Shown here in pieces: positions 45,920-54,920 of a stretch of DNA of 64,000 nucleotides. This DNA comes from Bifidobacteriaceae bacterium (GTDB lineage Bacteria > Actinomycetota > Actinomycetes > Actinomycetales > WQXJ01). Both the position numbers and the translations under genes were made by a program. The stretch's first letter is position 1. The number at the start of each line of letters is the position of its first letter. The DNA is taken from the NCBI GenBank assembly GCA_031272885.1, contig JAISSX010000043.1:9851-73850 (forward strand). Direction: 5' to 3'. Under the pieces are notes generated by a model. That model made no database searches. It saw only the letters and a program-made list of their open reading frames with translations, and had not been told where the DNA came from.

Positions 45920-48748
45920 TCAGCTGCAACCCGAGGTGGCGCCGCAGCCTTCACAGACGTGGCAGGAGCCCGAGGGCCGCATCTTGGTGCCGCAGGTCAT
46001 GCAGATGGGAGCGTCCGCCTCGCGGCCCTGCATGGCCTCGAACAGTTCGGCTGTGGAGTGGACCGACGCCAACGGCTTGGCCGCCGCCGGGGTTTTCTCC
46101 AAGGCAACATCCTGGCTGGCCGCCTCGGTGTCCAGTTCTTCTTCCATGTCCTCGTAGGAGCCGGTCTCCAGTTGGCGTTCACGTTCCGTGGCGGTGTAGA
46201 TGCCCAGGGCCGCGCGGGAATCGAACGGCAGGTGGTCAAGGGCCAGGCGGCGGAAAATGTAGTCCATGACGGACTGGGCCATGCGGACATCTGGGTCATC
46301 CGTCAAACCGGCCGGCTCGAAGCGCTGGTTGGTGAACTTCTGAACAAACGTCTCGAGCGGCACGCCGTACTGCAGGCCGATGGAGACGGCGATGGAGAAG
46401 GCGTCCATGACGCCGGCCAGGGTGGAACCCTGCTTCCCCAGCTTCAAGAACACCTCGCCCAGTTCCTTGTGGTCGGTGTCGAAACAACCGGCGGTGATGT
46501 AGCCCTGGGCGCCGCCCACCGAGAAGGAGGTGGTGATGGAGTAGCGCCGCTTAGGCAGCCGGCGCCGGGCCGGCTTGACCACCACGGTGGTGGCGCCGGC
46601 GGCGGATTCGTCCGCCTCTGCGCCCGTCTTGGCCTTGTCCGCCTTGGCGTCCGACAACGGCTGGGACACCTTGCAGTTGTCGCGATAGATGGCGATGGCC
46701 TTCAGACCCAGCTTCCAACCCTGCAGGTAGACGTCTTCAATCTCCTCAACCGTGGCCGTTTCGGGCAGGTTGACCGTCTTCGAGATGGCACCGGACAGGA
46801 ACGGCTGGGCGGCCGCCATCATGCGGACGTGGCCCATAGGGGCGATGGAGCGCTTGCCCACCGCGCAATCGAAGACGGCGTAGTGTTCGGGCTTCAGACC
46901 GGGGGCGTCCACCACGTGGCCGTTCTCCATGATGTACTCGACGATCGCCTCGATGGTCTCTTCGGCGTAGCCCAGCCGGCGCAGCGCCATCGGCACCGTC
47001 CGGTTGACGATCTGCATGGAGCTGCCGCCCACCATCTTCTTGTACTTGACCAGCGAGAAGTCCGGTTCGATGCCGGTGGTGTCGCAGTCCATCATGAAAC
47101 CGATGGTGCCCGTGGGCGCCAAGACCGAAGCCTGGGCGTTGCGCCAGCCGTGCTCCTTACCCTTGGTCAGCACGTCCTCCCAGGCCCGGGCGGCCGCCTG
47201 CTGCACGTCGCCATCGAGCGTGGAAGACGGCACCAGGGCGTCATTGGCGGCATGGTGCTTGCGCATCACCTTCAGGTGGGCGGCGGCGTTCTGGGCGTAA
47301 CCCTGGTAGGGGCCCACCGCCGCTGCCAGCTCGGCCGAGCGGCGGTAGGCGGTGGCCGTCATCAGCGACGTGATGGCGCCGGCCAGGGACCGCCCGCCAT
47401 CCGAGTCATAGGCCAGGCCCGAAGCCATCAACAGGGCTCCCAGGTTGGCGTAGCCGATGCCCAGTTGGCGGAAGCGGCGGGTGGTCTCACCAATCGGCTT
47501 GGTGGGGAAGTCCGCGAAGCAGATCGAGATGTCCATGGCCGTGATGATCAGCTCGACAGCCCGCTCGAAACGGACCGTGTCGAACGAGCCGTCCTCACGC
47601 AAGAAGGCCAACAGGTTGAGCGAGGCCAGGTTGCAACTGGAGTTGTCCAGGTGCATGTACTCGGAGCAGGGGTTGGAGGCCGTGATGCGGCCGGTTTCGG
47701 GCGAAGTGTGCCAGGCGTTGATGGTGTCGTCGTACTGGATACCGGGATCGGCGCACTCCCAGGCCGCCCGAGCGATCTTGTGGAACAGGCCGCGGGCATC
47801 CACCTCTTCGATGATCTCCCCACTGACCCGGGCCCGCAGGCCAAACGGTTCGCCGGCCTCAACCGCCCGCATAAAGGCATCCGACACCCGCACCGAGTTG
47901 TTGGCGTTCTGGTACTGCACGGAAGAGATGTCGCGGCCATCCAGGTCCATGTCGAAGCCGGCGTCACGCAGCGCCCTGATCTTGAGTTCTTCCCGAGCCT
48001 TGGTCTCGACGAACTCCTCGATGTCCGGGTGGTCGATGTCCAGCACCACCATCTTGGCGGCCCGCCGCGTGGCGCCGCCTGACTTGATGGTGCCAGCCGA
48101 AGCATCCGCGCCGCGCATGAACGAAACCGGGCCGGAGGCAGTGCCGCCAGACGAGCGCAGCAGTTCCTTGGATGACCGGATGCGGGACAGGTTGACGCCG
48201 GCACCTGAGCCGCCCTTGAAGATCATGCCTTCCTCGTGGTACCAGTTCAGGATCGATTCCATCGAGTCATCGACCGACAGGATGAAGCAAGCCGAAACCT
48301 GCTGCGGCGAGGCCGTGCCGACGTTGAACCAGACCGGCGAATTGAAGCTGAAGTGTTGGTGCAGCAAGAGCCAGGTCAGTTCGTCTCCGAAGACCGCGGC
48401 ATCAGCCGGCGTGGCGAAATAGCTGTGCTCAAGCCCGGCCGCCACGTAGGTGCCCACCACCCTGTCGATCAACTGCCGCAGGGAGTATTCGCGAGCCGGG
48501 GTGCCCACCGCGCCCCGGAAGTACTTGGTAGCCACGATGGTGGAGGCGTTGACGGACCAGAAGTCGGGGAACTCGACACCGTGCTGGGCAAAGACCGTCT
48601 CACCAGTTTTCCAGTTGGTCTGCACCACGTCACGCAACTCCCACGTGACTTGCTCGTAGGGATGGACCCCTTCGGTGGTGAAGACGCGCGGGATGGTCAG
48701 CCCCGAAGTGGTGATATGCGCTGGGGCGGACTTGGCGGTCTCGGTCAT
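45920..48748 (-). CDS. nrdJ: Class II B12-dependent ribonucleotide reductase
   Basis: FNSPVWFN, SACFI, NPCSE, APTGTI and C-terminal CxxC..CxxC. Confidence 0.96.
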   Translation of the reverse strand: MTETAKSAPAHITTSGLTIPRVFTTEGVHPYEQVTWELRDVVQTNWKTGETVFAQHGVEFPDFWSVNASTIVATKYFRGAVGTPAREYSLRQLIDRVVGTYVAAGLEHSYFATPADAAVFGDELTWLLLHQHFSFNSPVWFNVGTASPQQVSACFILSVDDSMESILNWYHEEGMIFKGGSGAGVNLSRIRSSKELLRSSGGTASGPVSFMRGADASAGTIKSGGATRRAAKMVVLDIDHPDIEEFVETKAREELKIRALRDAGFDMDLDGRDISSVQYQNANNSVRVSDAFMRAVEAGEPFGLRARVSGEIIEEVDARGLFHKIARAAWECADPGIQYDDTINAWHTSPETGRITASNPCSEYMHLDNSSCNLASLNLLAFLREDGSFDTVRFERAVELIITAMDISICFADFPTKPIGETTRRFRQLGIGYANLGALLMASGLAYDSDGGRSLAGAITSLMTATAYRRSAELAAAVGPYQGYAQNAAAHLKVMRKHHAANDALVPSSTLDGDVQQAAARAWEDVLTKGKEHGWRNAQASVLAPTGTIGFMMDCDTTGIEPDFSLVKYKKMVGGSSMQIVNRTVPMALRRLGYAEETIEAIVEYIMENGHVVDAPGLKPEHYAVFDCAVGKRSIAPMGHVRMMAAAQPFLSGAISKTVNLPETATVEEIEDVYLQGWKLGLKAIAIYRDNCKVSQPLSDAKADKAKTGAEADESAAGATTVVVKPARRRLPKRRYSITTSFSVGGAQGYITAGCFDTDHKELGEVFLKLGKQGSTLAGVMDAFSIAVSIGLQYGVPLETFVQKFTNQRFEPAGLTDDPDVRMAQSVMDYIFRRLALDHLPFDSRAALGIYTATERERQLETGSYEDMEEELDTEAASQDVALEKTPAAAKPLASVHSTAELFEAMQGREADAPICMTCGTKMRPSGSCHVCEGCGATSGCS

Positions 48749-48770
48749 GATGCCTGTACTCCTGATATGG

Positions 48771-49241
48771 CTAGTTGTTCGGTTGTGTCAGTGGGGCGGA
48801 GCGGTCCTTAAGGGCCGCAATTTCGGCCTCGAAATCCGCCAGCGAGTCGAACGAGCGGTAGACCGAGGCGAACCTCAAGTAGGCCACTTCGTCCAACTCA
48901 CGCAACGGCCCGAGGATGGCCAGGCCCACCTCTTGCGAGTCCACCTCCGCTGCGCCGGTGGCGCGGATACGTTCCTCGACCTGGTGGGCCAACTGCGCCA
49001 GTTGATCGTCGGTGACGGGCCGGCCTTGGCAGGCCCGGCGCACGCCGGCGGCAACTTTGTCGCGGCTGAACGGTTCGGTCACCCCGCTGCGCTTGATCAC
49101 GCTCAAGGCAGCCGTTTCGACCGTGGTGAAGCGCTTGCCGCACTCTTGGCATTGCCGCCGGCGCCTGGTGGAGGTGCCGTCTTCCGCCGTGCGTGAGTCG
49201 ATCACGCGGCTCTCTTCGTGGCGACAGAACGGACAATGCAC
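48771..49241 (-). CDS. nrdR: Transcriptional repressor NrdR
   Basis: GTG start (VHCPFC), RRRRQC..C..RFTT, ATP cone, YLRFASVY. Confidence 0.97.
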   Translation of the reverse strand: MHCPFCRHEESRVIDSRTAEDGTSTRRRRQCQECGKRFTTVETAALSVIKRSGVTEPFSRDKVAAGVRRACQGRPVTDDQLAQLAHQVEERIRATGAAEVDSQEVGLAILGPLRELDEVAYLRFASVYRSFDSLADFEAEIAALKDRSAPLTQPNN

Positions 49242-49253
49242 GCGGAACACTGT

Positions 49254-49299
49254 AACAAGATGTGGGGCGCGATGGTGCAACACGCCACAACATCTTGTG
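49254..49299 (-). promoter_or_regulatory. Tandem NrdR boxes
   Basis: AACAAGATGTGGGG (49254) and CACAACATCTTGTG (49286), 32 bp apart, directly upstream of nrdR-nrdJ. Confidence 0.8.
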
Positions 49300-49307
49300 A
49301 TTGCATC

Positions 49308-49673
49308 TCATTTGATGGGCACCAATAGCACATCCCCTCCCCGAATGGAAGAGGACGAAAGGCCATTCAGTTCCATGATCAGGTTCAGCGTGTGGCGGAC
49401 ATCCTCCCCTTCGGCCGTGGCTGCCTGAGCGATAGTCCACAGAGAGTCTCCCTGGTGGACCACGACCGTCTCAGTTGGCACGTAGCTGACGGTGGTGCCG
49501 GCGCCGCCCGCCAGCCCAACGGCGTAGGCCACCAAAGCCAACGCCATCACCAGGCCAAACAGGGCCAACCAACCGCGGCGCGTCAGGCCGGCCACACCGC
49601 CTTTACCCCGAGCCTGAGCGCGAGTCCGCGCACGCACCCCCAGGCCAACTGCCGGAATCGCCATTGCACTCAT
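49308..49673 (-). CDS. LysM membrane protein, SOS division-inhibitor-like (YneA/ChiZ type)
   Basis: TM followed by VVHQGDSLWTIA...IMELNGL..L.VP; divergent from lexA. Confidence 0.85.
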   Translation of the reverse strand: MSAMAIPAVGLGVRARTRAQARGKGGVAGLTRRGWLALFGLVMALALVAYAVGLAGGAGTTVSYVPTETVVVHQGDSLWTIAQAATAEGEDVRHTLNLIMELNGLSSSSIRGGDVLLVPIK

Positions 49674-49698
49674 GGTGTTGCTCCTTCCCTCCCAACAC

Positions 49699-49728
49699 GC
49701 CGGATTCAAACACCTGTTTGAATCCGGC
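49699..49728. promoter_or_regulatory. LexA (SOS) box variant within a 30-bp palindrome
   Basis: TCAAAC-ACCT-GTTTGA at 49706-49721 versus actinobacterial TCGAAC-N4-GTTCGA; lies between lexA and the LysM gene. Confidence 0.65.
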
Positions 49729-49861
49729 ACCGAGATTCACTACGCTTAGGAGTCAACACCCCACCACTGACATTCTAAGCGAAAGCCCAGTTCAGGGGCC
49801 ATAAACTGAGAGTTTCAGGGGGGATGGCGGGGTCCGCACCGAGAGCCGCAAGGAGGTTGGA

Positions 49862-50536
49862 ATGAGCCCACAAGCCACCCGAAGCCGCGTCCAACGCGGC
49901 ACCAAGGGCCTGACCCCGCGCCAGCGCGCAGTCCTGGATTGCATCATGGAATCGCTGGACCGGCGCGGTTATCCGCCGTCGATGCGTGAGATCGCCGCGG
50001 TCGTCAACCTGAAAAGCCCGTCCAGCGTCAAACACCAGTTGCTGGCCCTCGAATCCAAAGGCTACCTGCGGCGCGACCCGCACATGCCGCGCGCCATGGA
50101 AGTGATGGACCCGGATGCGGACGTGCCCCAACGGTTGCGCTTCCTGCAGGCCACCGGTCCCCGGCCGCGCTACGTGCCCCTGGTGGGCCGCATCGCCGCG
50201 GGTGTGCCCATCCTGGCCGAGCAGATGGTGGACGGCCTCTATCCGCTGCCACGGGAGATCGTGGGCGACGGCGAGGTCTTCATGCTGAAGGTGCAGGGTG
50301 ACTCGATGATCGGGGCCGCCATCGCCGACGGTGACATGGTGGTGGTACGGGCCCAGCCGTCAGCCGAGAACGGTGAGATAGTGGCCGCGTTGCTTGATGA
50401 CGAGGCCACCATCAAGACCCTGTCGGTCAAGGACGGCCGGGTCTGGCTGGTGCCGCAGAACCCCGCCTACCAGCCCATCGAGGGCCACAAGGCCACCATC
50501 TTGGGCAAGGTGGTGTCGGTGGTGCGGTCGCTCTAG
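49862..50536 (+). CDS. lexA: SOS repressor LexA
   Basis: [16 protein letters not shown] cleavage site, GDSM and TIK catalytic motifs. Confidence 0.97.
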   Translation: MSPQATRSRVQRGTKGLTPRQRAVLDCIMESLDRRGYPPSMREIAAVVNLKSPSSVKHQLLALESKGYLRRDPHMPRAMEVMDPDADVPQRLRFLQATGPRPRYVPLVGRIAAGVPILAEQMVDGLYPLPREIVGDGEVFMLKVQGDSMIGAAIADGDMVVVRAQPSAENGEIVAALLDDEATIKTLSVKDGRVWLVPQNPAYQPIEGHKATILGKVVSVVRSL

Positions 50537-50627
50537 GTCCGCCGCAAGCGCTGCAGTCCAACTGGAAGCGCTCTCGCCCGGCGTGGCACAGGTCGCGGTA
50601 AAGGTCGCGGTACAGGTCCAAGCCGGC

Positions 50628-52082
50628 TCAGACGGCCGCGGCAGCCAATTCCGCCGCTAGGCCCTGCCCCACCAAGGCCACCAGGTGCGTGCCGGACTCC
50701 AGGTAAGACTCCTCCAGCAACTCGCCTTCTTGGTGGGCCCGGCTGACCAAGTCGCCGCGGGCATAGGGCACCACCAGGTCAACCCTGACCGGCGGACGCG
50801 GTAGCGCGGCCGTCAGCCGGTCCCGCAGTTGGTCCAGACCGGCGCCTGTGGCGGCCGAGACGGCCACGCCCTCCGGGTGCTCGGCCAGCAACGACACCAG
50901 CGCTTCAGCCGGAGCAATGTCGGCCTTGTTGAACACCAGCAGTTCACGGGCCTGCACGGCGTCATCGGCCCCCACCTCGCGCAAGACCTGGCGCACCGCC
51001 GCGATCTGGCCCTCGGGATCATCGTGGGAGGCGTCGACCACGTGCAGCAGCACGTCTGCATCCAGCGATTCCTCCAGGGTGGACGCGAACGCGGCCACCA
51101 GTTGGTGGGGCAGGTTGCGCACAAAACCCACCGTGTCGGTCAGCGTGAAGGTGCGGCCATCCGCCGTCTGCGACGCCCGCACCGACGTGTCCAGCGTGGC
51201 GAACAAGGTGTTATCCACCATCACGCCGGCGCCGGTCAGGGCGTTCAACAGCGAAGACTTGCCGGCATTGGTGTAGCCCACAATCGCCACCGACGGCACG
51301 CCACCCCGCACCCGGGAGGCCCGCCTGGCGGCCCGGCCGGGCGCCATCGCCCGCAACTCGCGACGCAACTTGGCCATGCGGGCCCGGATGCGCCGACGGT
51401 CCAACTCGATCTTGGTTTCGCCAGGGCCACGCGAGCCGATGCCGGCGCCGCCCGCCACGCGGCCACCGGCCTGGCGCGACATCGAGTCGCCCCAACCACG
51501 CAGGCGCGGCAGCAGGTATTCCAGTTGCGCCAACTCAACCTGCGCCTTGCCTTCGCGGGACTTGGCGTGAGCCGCGAAAATGTCCAAGATCAGGGCCGTG
51601 CGATCAACCACCTTGACCTTGACCACATCCTCAAGGGCGCGGCGCTGCGAGGGACCCAACTCGCCATCGGCAATCACCGTGTCGGCCTCGAGGGAAGCCA
51701 CGACATCGGCCAGCTCCATCGCCTTGCCGGAACCGAAATAGGTGGCTGGATCCGGTGCCGGCCGGCGCTGCAGCAGGCCGTCCAAGACCTGTGAACCGGC
51801 CGTCTCGGCCAGGGCCGCCAGTTCGCGCAGCGAGACCTCAGCCGCCGCCCGCGTCACCTGCCCGCCATACAGGCCGATCAACACCACCCGCTCCAGGCGC
51901 AACTGCCGGTACTCGACCTCGGTGACGTCCTCCAGTTCGGTCGACAAGCCGGGCACACGGCGTAAGGCGGTGCGTTCCTCCAACTCAAGCTGGTCCCACG
52001 CATCGCCTGCCACCGTGGCCTCATCCTGCAGGGCAGTGCCTGCCCGGGAGAGGATCCGGTCAACTGGGTCGGTCGATGTCAC
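50628..52082 (-). CDS. hflX: GTPase HflX
   Basis: GPGETKIE, GYTNAGKS, LFATLD, DTVG and NKAD motifs; probable GTG at 52082. Confidence 0.96.
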   Translation of the reverse strand: MTSTDPVDRILSRAGTALQDEATVAGDAWDQLELEERTALRRVPGLSTELEDVTEVEYRQLRLERVVLIGLYGGQVTRAAAEVSLRELAALAETAGSQVLDGLLQRRPAPDPATYFGSGKAMELADVVASLEADTVIADGELGPSQRRALEDVVKVKVVDRTALILDIFAAHAKSREGKAQVELAQLEYLLPRLRGWGDSMSRQAGGRVAGGAGIGSRGPGETKIELDRRRIRARMAKLRRELRAMAPGRAARRASRVRGGVPSVAIVGYTNAGKSSLLNALTGAGVMVDNTLFATLDTSVRASQTADGRTFTLTDTVGFVRNLPHQLVAAFASTLEESLDADVLLHVVDASHDDPEGQIAAVRQVLREVGADDAVQARELLVFNKADIAPAEALVSLLAEHPEGVAVSAATGAGLDQLRDRLTAALPRPPVRVDLVVPYARGDLVSRAHQEGELLEESYLESGTHLVALVGQGLAAELAAAAV

Positions 52083-52204
52083 GGGAGCCAAGCCTACTGG
52101 CCGCCGCCACCCTCTGTCTGTGAGGCGGCAGCGGCGCCGCAACCAGGGCGGCTCCGTCGACCGGGGCAGCCGGTTCAGCCCGGGCGGCCATTACCCTGGG
52201 AGGC

Positions 52205-52834
52205 GTGGAGCACTACTTCGCGGCCGATGCCGCCCCGCTGGACCCGGCCGAACTCACCACCCGGCACGTCCGCCTGGCCGGCTTCGAGGTGGATGTAGTG
52301 ACCGCCCCCGGTGTCTTCTCCGCCCACCGGGTTGACCTGGGAACGTCGGTCCTGTTGCGCACCGTGGCTGGCGAAGCGGGTGGCCTACCCCCCACCGGCA
52401 CGCTGGTAGACCTGGGCTGCGGCTGGGGTCCCCTGGCCATCACGATGGCGCTGACCTGCCCGGACGCCCAGGTTTGGGGCATCGACATCAACCCCCGGGC
52501 CCTCGAACTGACACGGTTAAACGCCGGGCGCTTGAACCTCGCCAACCTGCAAGCGACGGTGCCCAACGACGTCCCTGAAGGTTGGATGCAACACCCAGCC
52601 GGCGCCATCGACGTCATCTGGTCGAACCCACCCATCCGGGTGGGCAAAGAGGCGCTGCATGAGTTGCTGACCACGTGGCTGGCCCGGCTGACCGCCACCG
52701 GCCACGCCGATCTGGTGGTGCAGAAGAACCTCGGCTCCGATTCACTGCAAAGCTGGTTGACCGACCAGGGCTACCCCACCGAGCGCCTGGCCAGCGCCAA
52801 GGGCTACCGGGTGCTGCGGGCAACCAAGGCGTGA
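52205..52834 (+). CDS. Small class I SAM methyltransferase (RsmC/MTS-like)
   Basis: GVFS..VDLGT, DLGCGWG and SNPP motifs. Confidence 0.88.
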   Translation: MEHYFAADAAPLDPAELTTRHVRLAGFEVDVVTAPGVFSAHRVDLGTSVLLRTVAGEAGGLPPTGTLVDLGCGWGPLAITMALTCPDAQVWGIDINPRALELTRLNAGRLNLANLQATVPNDVPEGWMQHPAGAIDVIWSNPPIRVGKEALHELLTTWLARLTATGHADLVVQKNLGSDSLQSWLTDQGYPTERLASAKGYRVLRATKA

Positions 52835-52843
52835 AGTCTGAGG

Positions 52844-52909
52844 CCTGAACAAGGCGGCCTGAACAGCGACACCTGAACAGCGACACCTGAACAGTGACAC
52901 CTGAACAAG
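52844..52909. repeat. 14-bp tandem repeat, about 4.7 copies
   Basis: CCTGAACAGCGACA-like units at 52844, 52858, 52872, 52886, 52900. Confidence 0.85.
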
Positions 52910-52913
52910 AGCC

Positions 52914-53819
52914 CTAGAGCAACTGCCCCCGTGCCACCAGTTCGGCCGGACCCGTCAACTCCACCACGTCATCGAGCATCCGTACCCGCAAGCGGCCGCC
53001 CGGCACATTGACCGTCCAAGTGGTAGGGCCCGCCGGCCCTGACCAAGCCCAAGCCGCCAAGGCGGCAGCGCACGCGCCGGTGCCGCAGGACAGGGTCTCG
53101 CCCACGCCGCGCTCATAGACTCGCATCGTGATTTCGCCCTCCGTATCACCCACCGAAACAGGCGACAACACCACGAACTCGACATTGGTGCCGTTCTTAG
53201 GCGCCGGCGTCACCTGCGGCATCTCCCGCAGCGACAAGGCAGCCAGTTCTTCCGCCGTCACCGACGCCACCACGTGCGGATTGCCAACACTGACCGACAA
53301 GCCACCCAAAGGCCGCTCCACGCCATCGGCAAACACCTGCACGTCGCAGGACCGCCGCACCGCCGCCTGGCCACCCGGGAACTTCCAAGCCCCCAGGTCA
53401 GCCGCGTACTCGTGACCGTCACAACGCACCTCGCAGACCCCCGCCCGGGTACCCACCGACACCGTGTCGCCATCGCCCAACGTCACCAGACCCTGGTCTT
53501 GCAGGAAGGCCACGAAAACACGTACGCCGTTGCCGCACATCTCCGCCAACGAGCCATCCGCGTTGCGATAGTCCATGAACCACTCGGCCGCCGGGTCTAG
53601 GGCCAGAACCGTCTGCCCCTCTTCGACGTGCTCCGAACGAACCGCCCTGATCACGCCATCGGCGCCGATGCCAAACCGCCGGTCCGCCAGGCCGGCCGCC
53701 AGTTCGGCCGTGAAGTCGATCACGCCGTCGGGGTCGGCAAACAACACAAAATCGTTACCGGTGCCGTGGCCCTTGGTGAACTGCAGGCCCGCCGGGGCAC
53801 CCTCCATGCTTGTAGGCAC
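52914..53819 (-). CDS. dapF: Diaminopimelate epimerase
   Basis: KGHGTGNDF, EMCGNG, GNPH and ERGVGET.SCGTG motifs. Confidence 0.96.
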   Translation of the reverse strand: MPTSMEGAPAGLQFTKGHGTGNDFVLFADPDGVIDFTAELAAGLADRRFGIGADGVIRAVRSEHVEEGQTVLALDPAAEWFMDYRNADGSLAEMCGNGVRVFVAFLQDQGLVTLGDGDTVSVGTRAGVCEVRCDGHEYAADLGAWKFPGGQAAVRRSCDVQVFADGVERPLGGLSVSVGNPHVVASVTAEELAALSLREMPQVTPAPKNGTNVEFVVLSPVSVGDTEGEITMRVYERGVGETLSCGTGACAAALAAWAWSGPAGPTTWTVNVPGGRLRVRMLDDVVELTGPAELVARGQLL

Positions 53820-53828
53820 CCGCAAAGC

Positions 53829-54920
53829 CTAGCCCAACACCGCCAATGCCTGATCCACCACGCTCTGGCCGGCACCGTCCAACCAGGTGATACGGGGGTC
53901 ACGGCGGAACCATTTGCGCTGGCGGCGAGACAGTTGGCGGGTGGCAAGGGCGATCTGATCCGTCGCCTGTCCCAGGTCTAGGAGACCGTCCAACACCGCC
54001 AGAGCCTGGCTGTAGCCGATGGCCCGCGAGGCCGTCTTGCCTGCTCGCAACCCCTGATCGGCCAGGCGTGCAGCCTCTTCCACCAGGCCGGCGGCCATCA
54101 TGGCGGTGGCCCGTTGGCTGATGCGCTGGTCCAGGACGTTGTTGTCCAGGTCCAGTCCAACCAGATGCAAAGGGCGCCACGGCGTATAGGCGGGCAGGTG
54201 GGCGCTGAAAGGCCGGCCTGTGATCTCGATCACTTCCAGGGCGCGGACCAGCCGGCGCAGATTGCCGGGCAGAATCGCTTGGGCCGCCGCTGGATCCTGC
54301 TCTTGTAGGAGGTGGTGCAGGTGTTCGGGGCCCTTAGCTTGGCCCAGTTCCTCCCAGCGACGACGCACCACGGGATCGGTGCCGGGGAAGTCGATTTGGT
54401 CCGTCACCGCCCGCACATAGAGGCCCGAACCGCCTACCAAGATGGCCGCCTTGCCGCGCCCCCAGATCTGCTCGATGTCGGCCCTCGCCTCCCGCTGGTA
54501 GGTCGCCACCGAGGCTTCCTCCGTCACCTCGAGGACGTCCAACTGGTGGTGCGGAATGCCCCGCCGATCCTTGACGGGCGTCCGAGCAGTGCCGATCTCC
54601 ATGCCCTTGTACAGGGCCATGGCGTCGGCGTTGACGATCTCGCCGTCCAGAGCTTCGGCCAGATCAAGCGCCAGGGCTGACTTGCCGGTGGCCGTGGGGC
54701 CAACCACAGCGATCAGTCGGCCGGCGGGCGCGGGCAGTGCGGGCGATGCCGACGGCGGGTCCGGCGGGCGTGGAAGGTGTGGCAGGTGTGGCAGGTGTGG
54801 CAGGTGTGGCGGGTCCAGCGAGGACGTTGCCGACGGCTCAGACAGAGCAGACAGAGGAGACGGCGCAGGCAAAGCAGGCAGAGCAGGCAGGGCAGACAGC
54901 GCAGACTGATCAGGCGGCAT
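53829..54920 (-). CDS. miaA: tRNA dimethylallyltransferase with repetitive N-terminal extension (start uncertain)
   Basis: GPTATGKS, NADAM, VGGSGLY and AIGY motifs. Confidence 0.95.
   Translation of the reverse strand: MPPDQSALSALPALPALPAPSPLSALSEPSATSSLDPPHLPHLPHLPHLPRPPDPPSASPALPAPAGRLIAVVGPTATGKSALALDLAEALDGEIVNADAMALYKGMEIGTARTPVKDRRGIPHHQLDVLEVTEEASVATYQREARADIEQIWGRGKAAILVGGSGLYVRAVTDQIDFPGTDPVVRRRWEELGQAKGPEHLHHLLQEQDPAAAQAILPGNLRRLVRALEVIEITGRPFSAHLPAYTPWRPLHLVGLDLDNNVLDQRISQRATAMMAAGLVEEAARLADQGLRAGKTASRAIGYSQALAVLDGLLDLGQATDQIALATRQLSRRQRKWFRRDPRITWLDGAGQSVVDQALAVLG

Noticed and set aside
45920-48748. Intein or intron in nrdJ; cobalamin riboswitch upstream
   Set aside because: The protein is collinear at normal length with no splicing motifs, and only a ~22-bp gap separates it from nrdR.
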